Assembly: GCA_013151955.1 (NCBI GenBank)
Contig: JAADHH010000013.1
Coordinates: 1 to 56,680, forward strand
Reading direction: 5' to 3'
Length of the DNA stretch: 56,680 nt
DNA from: Chloroflexota bacterium
Lineage (GTDB): Bacteria; Chloroflexota; Anaerolineae; Ardenticatenales; JAADHH01
A program made the position numbers and the translations under genes. How positions within the stretch are numbered: position 1 is the stretch's first letter; each line of letters starts with the position of its first letter. Shown one piece after another: positions 47,270-56,680 of this stretch. The notes under the pieces were generated by a model that was given only the letters and a program-made list of their open reading frames with translations, had not been told where the DNA came from and did no database searches.

Positions 47270-48664
47270 TCATCCACCGGTTCCCGCCAAAGCATCCTGC
47301 GCTGTTGTTGCTGCTTCGTCAAGCGCTTCTTGTGGAGATTTTTCTCCGGTGATGACGGCCACAATGGCGTTGCCCAGGGCATCGCGTACGCCCTGCCAGC
47401 CGGCGATGGTTGGCTCGGTCCGGCCATACGGCAAGAAATCAAACGCTTTCTTGTACAGCGGATTCTTCTGGAAGTAGGCTTGCATCTCCGGCGATTCCGC
47501 GGCGGAACGACGGACGGGGAAGTAGTTCGAGTCCATCGCCCAGGTAGCGGTCTGTTTCTTTTCCGTGAACCACTTGACAAAGAGCCACGCCGCCAACTGA
47601 CGCTCTGGCGTACTCTTGAAAATGGTTACGCTTGGCCCATAGACATCCACGACCGGTTTGGGCGTACTGTGGGGGAAGGGAGCAATGGACCAGTCAAAGG
47701 CAAAGGTATCTGAATCGCCCTTGATCGCCTTGGCATAGTAGGGCAGACCGGCCGTTGAACCAAAGGTAAAGATGACTTTCTGGTTCGCAAAGTCTGTCTG
47801 GTCGCCATATCGCTCGGATATCTGGTACGCCAGCCCCTCATCTACCAGCTTCTTGAGGAATTCCAGGGCAGCCAGTCCTTCCTTGCCGTTGAAGGTGACT
47901 TTCTTGCCGTCCTTGCTGATGATGTTGCCCCCGCGTGTCCAAACCCAGGCGGCGAAAGTAGAAGCGCTAGGACTGATTGCGTAGCAGGGCATATCCTTCT
48001 GTTCTTTGGCGGCCTTGCAGATGTTGTAGAACTCGTCCCACGTTGCCGGCGGCTTATCAAAGCCCAACTCTTTGAGCAGAGACACATTGAAATACATCAC
48101 TTCCATGCTGCGGTTGGGTGGGAAGCTGTACATCGCGTTGTTGAATTCAGGATAACGATCTCCGGCAAAGAAGTTTGCGAAGAAGTCATTCAGATCGTCC
48201 TTGCTCAGTCCATACTTCTCGCTTTTCAGGTAGGGATCCAGGTTGACAACGGCACCGGCGCCGGCATATTCGGCGACCATATTCTGGTATGAGACGGCCA
48301 GGTCTGGAGGGCTACCGGCCTGAATGGAGGCCAGAATCTTCTTGCGAATGTCCGGATAGTACCCGCCATACTCCGGTTGAACCGTTATGCCCCATTTATT
48401 CGTCTTGTTAAACTCATCTATTAGCGTCTTAAGAGTCTTTTCATGAATCTTGGTGGAAACGTGCCAAAACAGAACAGTCTGTCCGCTGGGATCAATCTGA
48501 CTGATCGCATCAGTGGCTTTGGTCGGTGCAACGGTTGGTTGCGCCGCAGCCGGCTTCTCCGTCGGCGGAGCTGGCGCAGCCGTGGGTGTGGGCGCGCAAG
48601 CGGCCACAAATCCCGCCAAGAGTATCACCGCAAACAACCCGATAATGACCCTTCTCATATTCAT
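47270..48664 (-). CDS. CUT1/UgpB-like ABC transporter substrate-binding lipoprotein
   Basis: Lipobox 'VAAC', PT linker, 'PPATWDE', 'AAWLFVKW', 'YFPVR'; ATG 48664 behind GGAGGAGG. Confidence 0.9.
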   Translation of the reverse strand: MNMRRVIIGLFAVILLAGFVAACAPTPTAAPAPPTEKPAAAQPTVAPTKATDAISQIDPSGQTVLFWHVSTKIHEKTLKTLIDEFNKTNKWGITVQPEYGGYYPDIRKKILASIQAGSPPDLAVSYQNMVAEYAGAGAVVNLDPYLKSEKYGLSKDDLNDFFANFFAGDRYPEFNNAMYSFPPNRSMEVMYFNVSLLKELGFDKPPATWDEFYNICKAAKEQKDMPCYAISPSASTFAAWVWTRGGNIISKDGKKVTFNGKEGLAALEFLKKLVDEGLAYQISERYGDQTDFANQKVIFTFGSTAGLPYYAKAIKGDSDTFAFDWSIAPFPHSTPKPVVDVYGPSVTIFKSTPERQLAAWLFVKWFTEKKQTATWAMDSNYFPVRRSAAESPEMQAYFQKNPLYKKAFDFLPYGRTEPTIAGWQGVRDALGNAIVAVITGEKSPQEALDEAATTAQDALAGTGG

Positions 48665-48794
48665 GTTCCTCCTCCTTAAGAAGAAATTGGTTTCTCTTGT
48701 CAGACGACGAAAGGAGATACCAAACACCACTCCTTCCATCGCAAACGCAGAACAAGATGCTTCAAAAGCTAAACGACAAAGAACCGATTCTTGC

Positions 48795-48880
48795 CTCCAC
48801 TGAAAAAAGGTGCTCTGAGACCCCTCCTCGGGCCGATTTTTCGCACCCGAGGACAGGTGCTGGAGCTTTTTTCAGTAGAG
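48795..48880. other. Long imperfect stem-loop between the permease and SBP genes
   Basis: actgaaaaaag/cttttttcagt outer stem and tcctcggg/cccgagga inner stem. Confidence 0.5.
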
Positions 48881-48923
48881 TTAATCTTGGTTTTAGGCTA
48901 TCCCCCCTTTCTTTTGCAGACAT

Positions 48924-49838
48924 TCATCCCTTCAGTCCGGAAGAAGCGATTCCTTCGATGAATTGCTTTTGAGCAAAGAAATAGATGATGACGATTGGCA
49001 AAATGGTCAGCGTCGAAGCAGCCATGAGCAGTTGGGTGTCGACTCCCGCATCCGTGATGAAGAAGCTCAACCCCACAGTGATTGGGCGCATAGCCTCGCT
49101 GGACGTGATGATCAGTGGCCAGGTAAACGCGTTCCAACTGCCGAGGAAGGTGAACAAGACCACGGCCACGATTGCCGGCCGGGAAAGGGGCAAGACAATG
49201 CTGGTCAGGAAACGGAAGTGCCCGCAGCCATCCAACACGGCCGCGTCGTGCAGGTCTTCGGGAATTGTGGCAAAGAACTGCCGGAAGAGAAAGATGCTGA
49301 AGACGCTGGCCGTCCAGGGAACAATCATGGCCGCATAGCTATTGTACCAGCCGCTGCTGGCCTGCCCCAGCAACGTATAGCCAAAGAGAGGAAGCGGCGG
49401 CGGGCTGACGTGCAAGAACTGGTAGATTCGGCGCACGATGATGAAGTTCGGGATCATCGTCACTTCAAAAGGAATCATCATCGTGGTCAGGAACAGGATG
49501 AATATAGCATTCTTGCCGAAAAAATCTATTCGTGCAAAGGCATAGCCGGCCAAAATGGACGTAAACAACACCCCCACAATCGTAGACAGGGCGATGAAAA
49601 AGCTATTGAAAAAGTAGCGGGCAAAGGGCGCAGAATTCCAGGCCTCCGCGAAATTGCCGAACCGCGCATGCGCCGGTATCCAGATTCCACGGGCGACCTC
49701 GGAATAGCTTTTGAGGGACGTCGTGAGCATCCAGATAAACGGGAAGATCGCGACAATGACTCCAATGAGCAAGAGCGCGTGAATCCCTACCCTTACCAGG
49801 GGATACGGCCCTTTTTTGGGGGGCTGTTTATCAGACAT
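48924..49838 (-). CDS. Carbohydrate ABC transporter permease (MalG/UgpE-like)
   Basis: 'PFIWM..TSLK', 'AGYAFAR', EAA loop 'DAAVLDG', 'WN.F.WP'; start 49838 or 49856. Confidence 0.93.
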   Translation of the reverse strand: MSDKQPPKKGPYPLVRVGIHALLLIGVIVAIFPFIWMLTTSLKSYSEVARGIWIPAHARFGNFAEAWNSAPFARYFFNSFFIALSTIVGVLFTSILAGYAFARIDFFGKNAIFILFLTTMMIPFEVTMIPNFIIVRRIYQFLHVSPPPLPLFGYTLLGQASSGWYNSYAAMIVPWTASVFSIFLFRQFFATIPEDLHDAAVLDGCGHFRFLTSIVLPLSRPAIVAVVLFTFLGSWNAFTWPLIITSSEAMRPITVGLSFFITDAGVDTQLLMAASTLTILPIVIIYFFAQKQFIEGIASSGLKG

Positions 49839-50850
49839 AGTGAACCCTCTCGCCAATCCACTTGTTCTGGAGCACGGTTAGGGATAGGATGATGGCAAAC
49901 AAGACAAAGGCAATGGCCGAGGCGTAGCCGATATTCACGCGGTTGTAAAACTGATCAAACAGATAAATCGTAGTCGTCGTGGTCGAATGTAACGGCCCCC
50001 CCAACTGGGCACCGGAGCCGGCCGTCATCACATAGATGATGTTGAAAGATTGAAAAGCGCCAATCGTCGAAATGATCAACAGGAAAAAGGTGGTTGGGGA
50101 AAGCAAGGGTAGCGTAATGTAGCGGAATAATTGCCATTGGCCTGCGCCATCAATTCGCGCCGCTTCGTACAATTCTGTGGGGATATTTCCCAAGCCGGCC
50201 AGAAATATCACCACGTCAAAGCCGACGAAGTGCCAAACGGTCACCACCATCACCGCAACCAACGCCAAACTGGGGCCGGCGGCCCATGCCGGCACGTGCA
50301 TGCCCAGCCCGGCGGCCATCATTTTCACGATCCCCCTGGGCTCATTCATCCATCGTTGAGGAGAAAGCCCCACCAGGCTTAGAACCTGGTTTAGCGGCCC
50401 GTGACGGGGATTGAATATCCAAAGCCACACGGCGGCGGCGGCCACGGTTGAAGTGATGTAAGGCAGAAAATAACTGGTTCGATAGAAAGAAAGCCAGCGC
50501 ACCTTTTGGAAGAGAAGATAAGCGAGCAAGAGTGAAATGCCCAGCGTAAAGGGAACTGTCCCCAGAACATAAAAGAGGGTTACTTTCAACGACCCCCAAA
50601 ACCGGGGATCATGAATCGCCTGATCATAATTGGCCACCCCGCGGAACCCAAGGTTTCTTATCCTCCAGCGATGGAGACTGATGTAGAACGCATACAACAC
50701 CGGCAGAAAATGAAATACAGCAAGGACGATCCCGGCCGGGAGAAGATACAGGTAAGCCAGTGCCGTTCGCTTCCAGTACCGCTTACGGGAACCTGTCCAC
50801 AGAGGTTGGGATGTCATTAGACTCGAGTTTTTCTCGTCAGCAGCCGCCAT
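49831..50850 (-). CDS. Carbohydrate ABC transporter permease (MalF/UgpA-like)
   Basis: 'YLYLLPA', 'FLPYITS', 'LYEAARIDGA', 'ITLPLLSP', 'GYASA'. Confidence 0.93.
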   Translation of the reverse strand: MAAADEKNSSLMTSQPLWTGSRKRYWKRTALAYLYLLPAGIVLAVFHFLPVLYAFYISLHRWRIRNLGFRGVANYDQAIHDPRFWGSLKVTLFYVLGTVPFTLGISLLLAYLLFQKVRWLSFYRTSYFLPYITSTVAAAAVWLWIFNPRHGPLNQVLSLVGLSPQRWMNEPRGIVKMMAAGLGMHVPAWAAGPSLALVAVMVVTVWHFVGFDVVIFLAGLGNIPTELYEAARIDGAGQWQLFRYITLPLLSPTTFFLLIISTIGAFQSFNIIYVMTAGSGAQLGGPLHSTTTTTIYLFDQFYNRVNIGYASAIAFVLFAIILSLTVLQNKWIGERVHYV

Positions 50851-51040
50851 ATACCCCCTCAACGTCTTATCTTAACCGTTTAACCGTTCGGGAGAAGTGA
50901 AAATGGTATGGCATAGTGCAATCAGCGAATTCATTGCCCGGGCATTCCGTGTTCAGCAATGTTGGGAAACCTCCCACCTTCTTGAGCAGATACCTTCGCC
51001 AAGAAAAAAGGCTTCTACGTGGTTTCGCCACAGCAAAGTC

Positions 51041-51069
51041 ATTATAACAGAAAAGGCTTAGAGGGTCAA
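51041..51069 (-). promoter_or_regulatory. sigma70 promoter for the ABC-apt operon
   Basis: Minus strand TTGACC-17 bp-TATAAT with an extended -10 TG. Confidence 0.75.
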
Positions 51070-51102
51070 AGCACGCACGTTACCGTAACGATTTTCCTTC
51101 TC

Positions 51103-51131
51103 TTGTCCATCTCCTGACTTTGCTGTATAAT
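51103..51131 (+). promoter_or_regulatory. sigma70 promoter for acylphosphatase (probably leaderless)
   Basis: TTGTCC-17 bp-TATAAT; ATG 7 nt after the -10 box and no SD. Confidence 0.65.
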
Positions 51132-51138
51132 AGCGAAC

Positions 51139-51429
51139 ATGATGGATCCCACGGCCATACAGCAACTACGCGCCATCGTGCATGGTCGCGTTCAGGGCGT
51201 GAGTTTTCGCTATTACACCCAACAGCAAGCCCTGCGACACGGCCTGGTGGGCCATGTACGGAACCTCCCCGATGGCACAGTAGAAGTCGTCGCCGAAGGA
51301 GAGCCGACCGCGCTCCAGGCACTTCTGGTGTGGCTACACAGGGGGCCGCGCATGGCAAGGGTGGATGAGGTGCAAGAATTATGGGGCGAACCAACTGGCC
51401 GGTATCGGCGGTTCGCAGTGAAGCTATAA
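51139..51429 (+). CDS. acyP: Acylphosphatase
   Basis: '[11 protein letters not shown]', '[17 protein letters not shown]', 'GPRMARV'. Confidence 0.93.
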   Translation: MMDPTAIQQLRAIVHGRVQGVSFRYYTQQQALRHGLVGHVRNLPDGTVEVVAEGEPTALQALLVWLHRGPRMARVDEVQELWGEPTGRYRRFAVKL

Positions 51430-52676
51430 GCGGAACTGAGTTCGACACGAAGAGCCGCGAGCGCCTGGCCTGGACGATCATGATCAGTGCCTTCGCGGTG
51501 TTCACAGTTTTGTTGATTACGACGCCATTGGCGGTGCGCTGGTATCTGTCGCGCGCTACGTCTCCGCAACAGGCCACGCTGGAGGTAAACTCCGGCACGA
51601 TCCCCGTAATCCAGGTGAAAGGGGCTGCTCCCCTGGCCATCGCCGAAGGCAGCATGAGGAATGACATCAAGGAAGGGGCCGAAATTCGCACCGATACTTC
51701 ATCTCAGGCCTTCCTCACGCTATTCAACCACAGCACGGTCGTAATCTTCCCGAATACGGTTTTGCGGTTGCGTCGTATGCGTGCCCCCCGTTTTTCCATG
51801 AGCAAACGCCCCCAGGAAGTGTCGCTGGAAATATTGGAGGGTCGTGTACGCATTGGCGTGGCGCCGGCTGTGGCCCGCCCCACGAATACGACGATTCTCA
51901 CGCCGCACGGAGAGGCGACTTTGCAGGATGGCAGCTACGCCGTGGAAGTTACGGGCGAGGAAACCCAACTGGTCGTTCGTACGGGAGAATCCCTGGTGCA
52001 AGCGGGCGGCAAGGGAATATTGCTGAGCCAAGGGGAACGGGCCATCCTTCTCGATGGTCGCTCTCCAGAGGGACCCCTGCCCGCCGCGCGCAACCTGGTT
52101 ACAAATGGGGATTTTGGGGCGGCGGCTTCCGGCATGACTCAAACGCTGACCGAAGGGGAGTTGGTCCCCCCTTGGCGAGTCTATAACGACCAGGGGGGGG
52201 ACGAGGGCGAAGTCGACGGCACTGCATCGTTGGTTTCTGTGGGAGACCGCTTTGCTGTGCGTTTCTTCCGCTCAAATAGCAAGAACAATCACGGGGAAAC
52301 AGGCATCATCCAGGAAATCGACAAAGATATCTCCGATTATCTCTCCATCAAGTTACGAGCAGACATCAAACTCAGCTACCAGAGTCTTTCCGGGGGAGGA
52401 AACCAGAGTTCTGAGTATCCGGTCATCATTCGAATCAACTACAAAGACGTGTACGGGAACGACAATTCCTGGACGCATGGGTTTTATTATCAAAACGTGG
52501 CCGGAAAACCGACCCAGCATGGGCAGCGCATTCCGCCGAATGTCTGGTATTCGTACGAAGAACCAAATCTGAAGGAAAAACTATCGAACCCCAAGACGAT
52601 CACCTCTATCCAGATTTATGCCTCTGGCTGGGATTACGATAGCCAGGTCTCCGAAGTGGGCATCATCGCCGAGTAA
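51381..52676 (+). CDS. Single-TM protein with a FecR-like domain and a C-terminal beta-sandwich domain
   Basis: TM followed by 'IRTD..SQA.L.LF..STV', 'ILEGRV', 'TPHGEA', 'GSYAVEV' and 'RNLVTNGDF'; start uncertain. Confidence 0.65.
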   Translation: MGRTNWPVSAVRSEAISGTEFDTKSRERLAWTIMISAFAVFTVLLITTPLAVRWYLSRATSPQQATLEVNSGTIPVIQVKGAAPLAIAEGSMRNDIKEGAEIRTDTSSQAFLTLFNHSTVVIFPNTVLRLRRMRAPRFSMSKRPQEVSLEILEGRVRIGVAPAVARPTNTTILTPHGEATLQDGSYAVEVTGEETQLVVRTGESLVQAGGKGILLSQGERAILLDGRSPEGPLPAARNLVTNGDFGAAASGMTQTLTEGELVPPWRVYNDQGGDEGEVDGTASLVSVGDRFAVRFFRSNSKNNHGETGIIQEIDKDISDYLSIKLRADIKLSYQSLSGGGNQSSEYPVIIRINYKDVYGNDNSWTHGFYYQNVAGKPTQHGQRIPPNVWYSYEEPNLKEKLSNPKTITSIQIYASGWDYDSQVSEVGIIAE

Positions 52677-52681
52677 CCCCG

Positions 52682-54277
52682 CTAACGCGAACGAAAGACC
52701 AACGCCCCCTGATCTTCGTGTACTTGTTCCATGCGTTGCGCAACGCGGTTCAAGAAAGCAGGTGAGTACTTTTCCTTTAAGCGCCGCCGGTCCACGACAA
52801 ACCATACCACGGGCGTGTTATCCAGCACCGCGTCGAGCTGCTCTGGAGAAGTGAGCAGGGGCGTTAGATTCCACCCGCCAACCCACCGGCCCTGCGCGTC
52901 CTGCAAGGCGTATCCTTCGAAGCCCTTTTCCACCGCCACGTAATCGCAGCCGCCCAGGACGAAGGCACAGGCCGGCGCGTTGATGGTGAGCACCACGTCG
53001 CCAGGTTGCCGCTGACCGGCCAGCCAGCGAAACGCCCCGCCATACCCCCACACGGCTGTTTGGGGAGCGCGTTGGGCCGCCGGCAAGTAGAGCGCCACAG
53101 TCGCGGCGACCAGCAGCGCCAGCACAAGCGCCTGCGCGCCCGAAGCCGACCGCGTCACCCAGCCGGCCGCTCTTGTGGCCAGCGACGAAACGATAAGGTA
53201 GAAGATGGGCAGGAGCATAAAGAGGAATCGGGGGCTTTTCCAGGTGTGGCCCACGAAGACAAACATCTCCAGCATGACACCGAGCATGACCAGGTAGCCG
53301 TAGGCCAGCGCGGGATCGTTCTTCCAAATGTCCCGGTGGCGCAAGGCTTTTGCGCTATACCAAAGCAGGCCGATCAGAAACAGCGCTGTGAGCGGGGCGA
53401 AGGGCCGCTGCATGTAGGGAGCCAGTATCTTGATCGTGCCCGAGCCATCGAGGGCCGGTTGGAATGTGGGACGATGGCGCGTGACGAACTCGAACGGGGC
53501 CACCATGGTCATCGCCGGCAAACCGATGCGGTCCAGTTTCCATACGACCCCCACGCTGGCTCCGGCCAGGGCGAAGGGCAGGGCCACGCGCCAACGCAGC
53601 GTTTCGCGCAGACCTCTGCGCCACAGCACCAGCAGGCCCATCACCGGCAAGAGCAAGGCCGTTATCCCCTGGTTGAACAGTGCGCCGGCATAAGCCAACG
53701 CGAAGCCCAGCCGGTATTTCAGGGAAGAAGGGGGGGATTGCGCACCGTTCACTTTGCCGGGGACCATGTCGCTGCGATACAGGGCGTAGAACGCCAGCAG
53801 CACACACAATTGCTGGAAGGCATACATGCGGGCTCGCCCGCCCCACAGAATCGCGTCAGGGTCCATGGCGAGCAGCAGCGTGGCCAGCAGGGCCGCCCGC
53901 CAACCAAACATCTTCCGCCCAACCTGCCACAAGACGGGGAGCGTAAGCAGGCTGAGCAGCAAGCCGGGCAGCCGCGCCACGGTCTCCGAATGGCCCAGCA
54001 AGGCCAGTGCTCCGGCAACCAGGTACGAATGGGCGATGCCGTGCGTGTAGATATTGCCCGAAGCCAACAGCGGATAGCCGTGCGCCAGAATCTTCATCGC
54101 CGCCCAGATGGTGATGTATTCATCCACGAAGAGGTTGACGTTTGCTACGACCTGCGTGCGCCAAAATGCGCCGGCAATGAAGATTGCCAGAAGAATCACC
54201 GCAACGACAAGGGTTTGTCCTTGCGGAGGAAAAACGTCGCCGGCTGTTGGGTTTTTGTTATCCACGGGCGCGGTCAA
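52682..54277 (-). CDS. GT-C (ArnT/PMT-like) membrane glycosyltransferase
   Basis: 'FVDEYIT', 'VARLP', 'RARMY'; multi-TM. Confidence 0.78.
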   Translation of the reverse strand: MTAPVDNKNPTAGDVFPPQGQTLVVAVILLAIFIAGAFWRTQVVANVNLFVDEYITIWAAMKILAHGYPLLASGNIYTHGIAHSYLVAGALALLGHSETVARLPGLLLSLLTLPVLWQVGRKMFGWRAALLATLLLAMDPDAILWGGRARMYAFQQLCVLLAFYALYRSDMVPGKVNGAQSPPSSLKYRLGFALAYAGALFNQGITALLLPVMGLLVLWRRGLRETLRWRVALPFALAGASVGVVWKLDRIGLPAMTMVAPFEFVTRHRPTFQPALDGSGTIKILAPYMQRPFAPLTALFLIGLLWYSAKALRHRDIWKNDPALAYGYLVMLGVMLEMFVFVGHTWKSPRFLFMLLPIFYLIVSSLATRAAGWVTRSASGAQALVLALLVAATVALYLPAAQRAPQTAVWGYGGAFRWLAGQRQPGDVVLTINAPACAFVLGGCDYVAVEKGFEGYALQDAQGRWVGGWNLTPLLTSPEQLDAVLDNTPVVWFVVDRRRLKEKYSPAFLNRVAQRMEQVHEDQGALVFRSR

Positions 54278-56304
54278 AAGTCTTGCTTAAATATCGGGAT
54301 GAACCGGTACAGCAGGTTTTGGACATAAGAAAGCGTGGCCGTGACGACCCGGGGACTGCCTTGCGCGCCGGGCGTATCGCTGGATATCGTCAGGGTGGCT
54401 GTGTAGAGGCCGGTCTGCGTGATCTGGTCGACGAGTACGAAGGTGGTGACCGTCACCGGTGTGCCGCTGGCCACGGTGCCGGAGGGTGGCGATAGGGCCA
54501 GCCAGGATGAACCGGTGCCGGCTTGCCAGTGCAGCGAATCGCTGCCGACGTTAGATATTGTAAACAGGGCATTTCTGGGAGCCGTGACCGTGTCGCTGAG
54601 AAAGATGAGCGCAGTTGGGGAGACGGCCAGCACCGGCGCTACCACCCGATCAACGTCCTGGTACTGATTGTTCCACGCGGAAGCATCCGCCCCCTGCGAG
54701 CCATCATTGCCGATGCTTACGGAGTTCGTGACCATCGTTCCGCGGGAAACGGTGAGGGGCACACTGGCGATGAACGTGGCTGTGCCGGAACTATTGGGCG
54801 GCATATCTCCAAAAGCCAAGTGCCACTGTCCATTCCCCAGGCTGGCGAAGGCGGGATTGCTGCTCTGGTAATCGAGCGGGGCCCACAACGTTTCGGTGAT
54901 TTGCACGTTCGTGGCGGTGATAAACCCGCTGTTCGTGAAGTGGAGGGTGTAGGTCAGCCTTTCACCGACGCGGGCGATAGAACGGCCATCATCTTTTGTT
55001 ACGGTCAAATCCAACGGAGCGGCGCGCTGTACCGCACGGAAAGCGTTGAGGCGGCCCCAGCCCAGGTAGGTATCCCAGCCTGGATTGGTGGCGTTGTTTA
55101 CGTCGTCGGCTGTGGCTTCCAGCAAGGCTTGAATCTGATCGTTGGTGTCGTCGGGCCGCAGGGACCAAACCAAGGTAGCCACCCCCGAAACAAAGGGCGT
55201 GGCCTGTGATGTGCCACTGAGGTACGCATAGAGTCCACCGGTCCAGGTACTCCAGATGCTCGTACCCGGAGCGCCTATATCCACATACGATTGTATCTCC
55301 GAGAAGCTTGCTCGTTGGTCGGTTTGTGTTGTCGCGGCCACGGCCATCGTCTGCGTATAGGCTGCGGGATAGAGTGCAGGGTTATATGTGCTGCATCCGT
55401 TATAGCTATAAGTGAGTGGGTCTCCACAGTTTCCGGCCGCTGCTACCGACAATACGCCGGCACGATGGGCGAAATCCAACGCGTCGTGCAGTACCGGCAC
55501 GTCCTCTTCGCCGGCCAGACTCAGGTTGATCACGTCGGCACCATGTCCGGTAGCCCAGAGTACCCCCTGTGCCACGTCCCACTCTGTGCCATATCCGTCA
55601 TAGGCCAAGACTTTGATGGGCATGATGTTTGCCAGCCAGGAAACGCCGGCCACGCCTCTGCCGTTGTTCGTTGCGGCGCCGGCCACACCGGCCACGTGCG
55701 TGCCATGTCCGTGATCGTCGTAGGGACTGGTTGTTCCGGTAACGAACGTCGCTCCCGCCACCAGCTTGGGGGTGAGGTCCAGGTGGCCCAGGTCTACGCC
55801 TGTGTCCACGATAGCAATGGTAAACTCCGCAGTGCCGGTGGTTACATCCCAAGCGTGGGGAGCCTGAATTTGGGTCAGTCCCCACTGCGATGGGTAGAAC
55901 CCGTCGTCTGGAATGGTATCTGCGATGTGCAGCAGATGATCAACGCCGGCGTAGGCCACCCGCCTATCGGCACGCATCCTGCGCACGAACTGCTTCTCCT
56001 GGCCGGCGGGAACGGACAACCGCCAGTACCCCAGCGATTCTATCCGGCCCATGGGTTGCAGACCAACGGAGGAGAGGAGTGCGGCACGGTCTGCGCTCGA
56101 TGTTTGACGGGCCATGCGTATCACAATCTCCCCCGGAGCATAAGTGCGGGGCAGGTCTTGTTTGGGACCGGCCGCATGGGCAACGTTGCGGTGTGCTTCA
56201 TACGTGGTCTGGAGGAATACAAGGAGGAATATCATACTCGCGGGAGCCAGGAAAGCGAGCAGAGCCGTGAGCCATTTTTGTAACGATTGTCGTTTCATAG
56301 TCAA
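54274..56304 (-). CDS. Secreted S8 (subtilisin/thermitase-like) serine peptidase with DUF11-like and BACON-like C-terminal domains
   Basis: Catalytic triad 'IVDTG', 'HGTHVAG', 'GTSQA'; oxyanion 'AAAGN'; 'DLTVTK...LTYTL..TN.G'; 'WLALSP.SG'. Confidence 0.9.
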   Translation of the reverse strand: MTMKRQSLQKWLTALLAFLAPASMIFLLVFLQTTYEAHRNVAHAAGPKQDLPRTYAPGEIVIRMARQTSSADRAALLSSVGLQPMGRIESLGYWRLSVPAGQEKQFVRRMRADRRVAYAGVDHLLHIADTIPDDGFYPSQWGLTQIQAPHAWDVTTGTAEFTIAIVDTGVDLGHLDLTPKLVAGATFVTGTTSPYDDHGHGTHVAGVAGAATNNGRGVAGVSWLANIMPIKVLAYDGYGTEWDVAQGVLWATGHGADVINLSLAGEEDVPVLHDALDFAHRAGVLSVAAAGNCGDPLTYSYNGCSTYNPALYPAAYTQTMAVAATTQTDQRASFSEIQSYVDIGAPGTSIWSTWTGGLYAYLSGTSQATPFVSGVATLVWSLRPDDTNDQIQALLEATADDVNNATNPGWDTYLGWGRLNAFRAVQRAAPLDLTVTKDDGRSIARVGERLTYTLHFTNSGFITATNVQITETLWAPLDYQSSNPAFASLGNGQWHLAFGDMPPNSSGTATFIASVPLTVSRGTMVTNSVSIGNDGSQGADASAWNNQYQDVDRVVAPVLAVSPTALIFLSDTVTAPRNALFTISNVGSDSLHWQAGTGSSWLALSPPSGTVASGTPVTVTTFVLVDQITQTGLYTATLTISSDTPGAQGSPRVVTATLSYVQNLLYRFIPIFKQDF

Positions 56305-56343
56305 CGTACTCCCGAATCATAGGGGTGAGCAAAGCGTATCTGC

Positions 56344-56680
56344 TCATGGGTTTACGGGCGTGCCGTTCTGTGCAGGCGGGGTTTCTGCTTGCACTCCCGG
56401 CGTGTCGGCGGGTGGGACGGTCGTATCGGTCGGTGGGACGGTCGTATCGGTGGGCGGTACGACCGTATCGGTTGGCTGTGGCGTGTTAGTCGGCTGCGGC
56501 GCAGTGGTGCTGGTCGGCACGGGCGTATCGGTCGGTGGTACCGGTGTATCGGTGGGCGGCACGGGCGTGTCGGTCGGTGGGACGGGCGTATCGGTCGGCG
56601 GCACCGGTGTGTCGGTGGGTGGGACGGGCGTGTCGGTGGGCGGCACCGGTGTTGCTGTCGGGCTGTGCGTCGCCGTGGGG
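56344..56680 (-). CDS. 3' end of a gene truncated by the window edge; Pro/Thr-rich C-terminus with PPTDT(P/T)V repeats
   Basis: 21-bp tandem units with synonymous variation, open frame running to the window end. Confidence 0.75.
   Translation of the reverse strand, partial: PTATHSPTATPVPPTDTPVPPTDTPVPPTDTPVPPTDTPVPPTDTPVPPTDTPVPTSTTAPQPTNTPQPTDTVVPPTDTTVPPTDTTVPPADTPGVQAETPPAQNGTPVNP

Noticed and set aside
54258-54266. DnaA-box-like TTATCCACG
   Set aside because: Single mismatched site inside a CDS, far from the box cluster.
56400-56650. 21-bp tandem repeats as a CRISPR array
   Set aside because: No spacers; units vary at synonymous positions and encode PPTDTPV in frame.

Overview
Chromosomal, origin-containing window. 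The gene families, Pro/Thr-rich exported proteins and intergenic repeat style suggest a Chloroflexota (Anaerolineae-like) bacterium; this is inference, with no rRNA marker present. From left to right: a GT-C glycosyltransferase; a PT-linker membrane protein and Maf; an HD phosphohydrolase divergent from a zinc-ribbon/class III adenylate cyclase/STAND ATPase/TPR gene that overlaps a cNMP-binding patatin phospholipase gene; an OmpR-type two-component pair; and a GH99/71-like lipoprotein. A ~22 kb minus-strand envelope-glycosylation cluster follows: CpsC/CpsD/CpsB, rfbA, rfbB, a Ppm1-like GT2, a second GT2, a deacetylase, DUF2304, seven GT-C-type membrane proteins and a B12 radical SAM enzyme. 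Next come tal-pgi, a nucleotidyltransferase, an MBL hydrolase, a His-phosphatase, a DMT transporter and a cupin. dnaA has a long, structured leader, and oriC (DnaA boxes plus DnaA-trios) is followed by selA rather than dnaN. The right end holds apt, sugar ABC transporter components, acylphosphatase, a FecR-like protein, another GT-C, an S8 peptidase and a truncated PT-repeat gene. Many intergenic gaps contain short palindromic or heptameric repeats. These include one family whose core is inverted between copies, a MITE with a 5-bp target duplication, an element flanked by a 31-bp duplication, and an in-frame insertion inside a CDS. No tRNA, rRNA, CRISPR array or transposase was recognised. The best candidate for a new system is the NLR-like cyclase plus cNMP-gated patatin pair, possibly with the divergent HD hydrolase.
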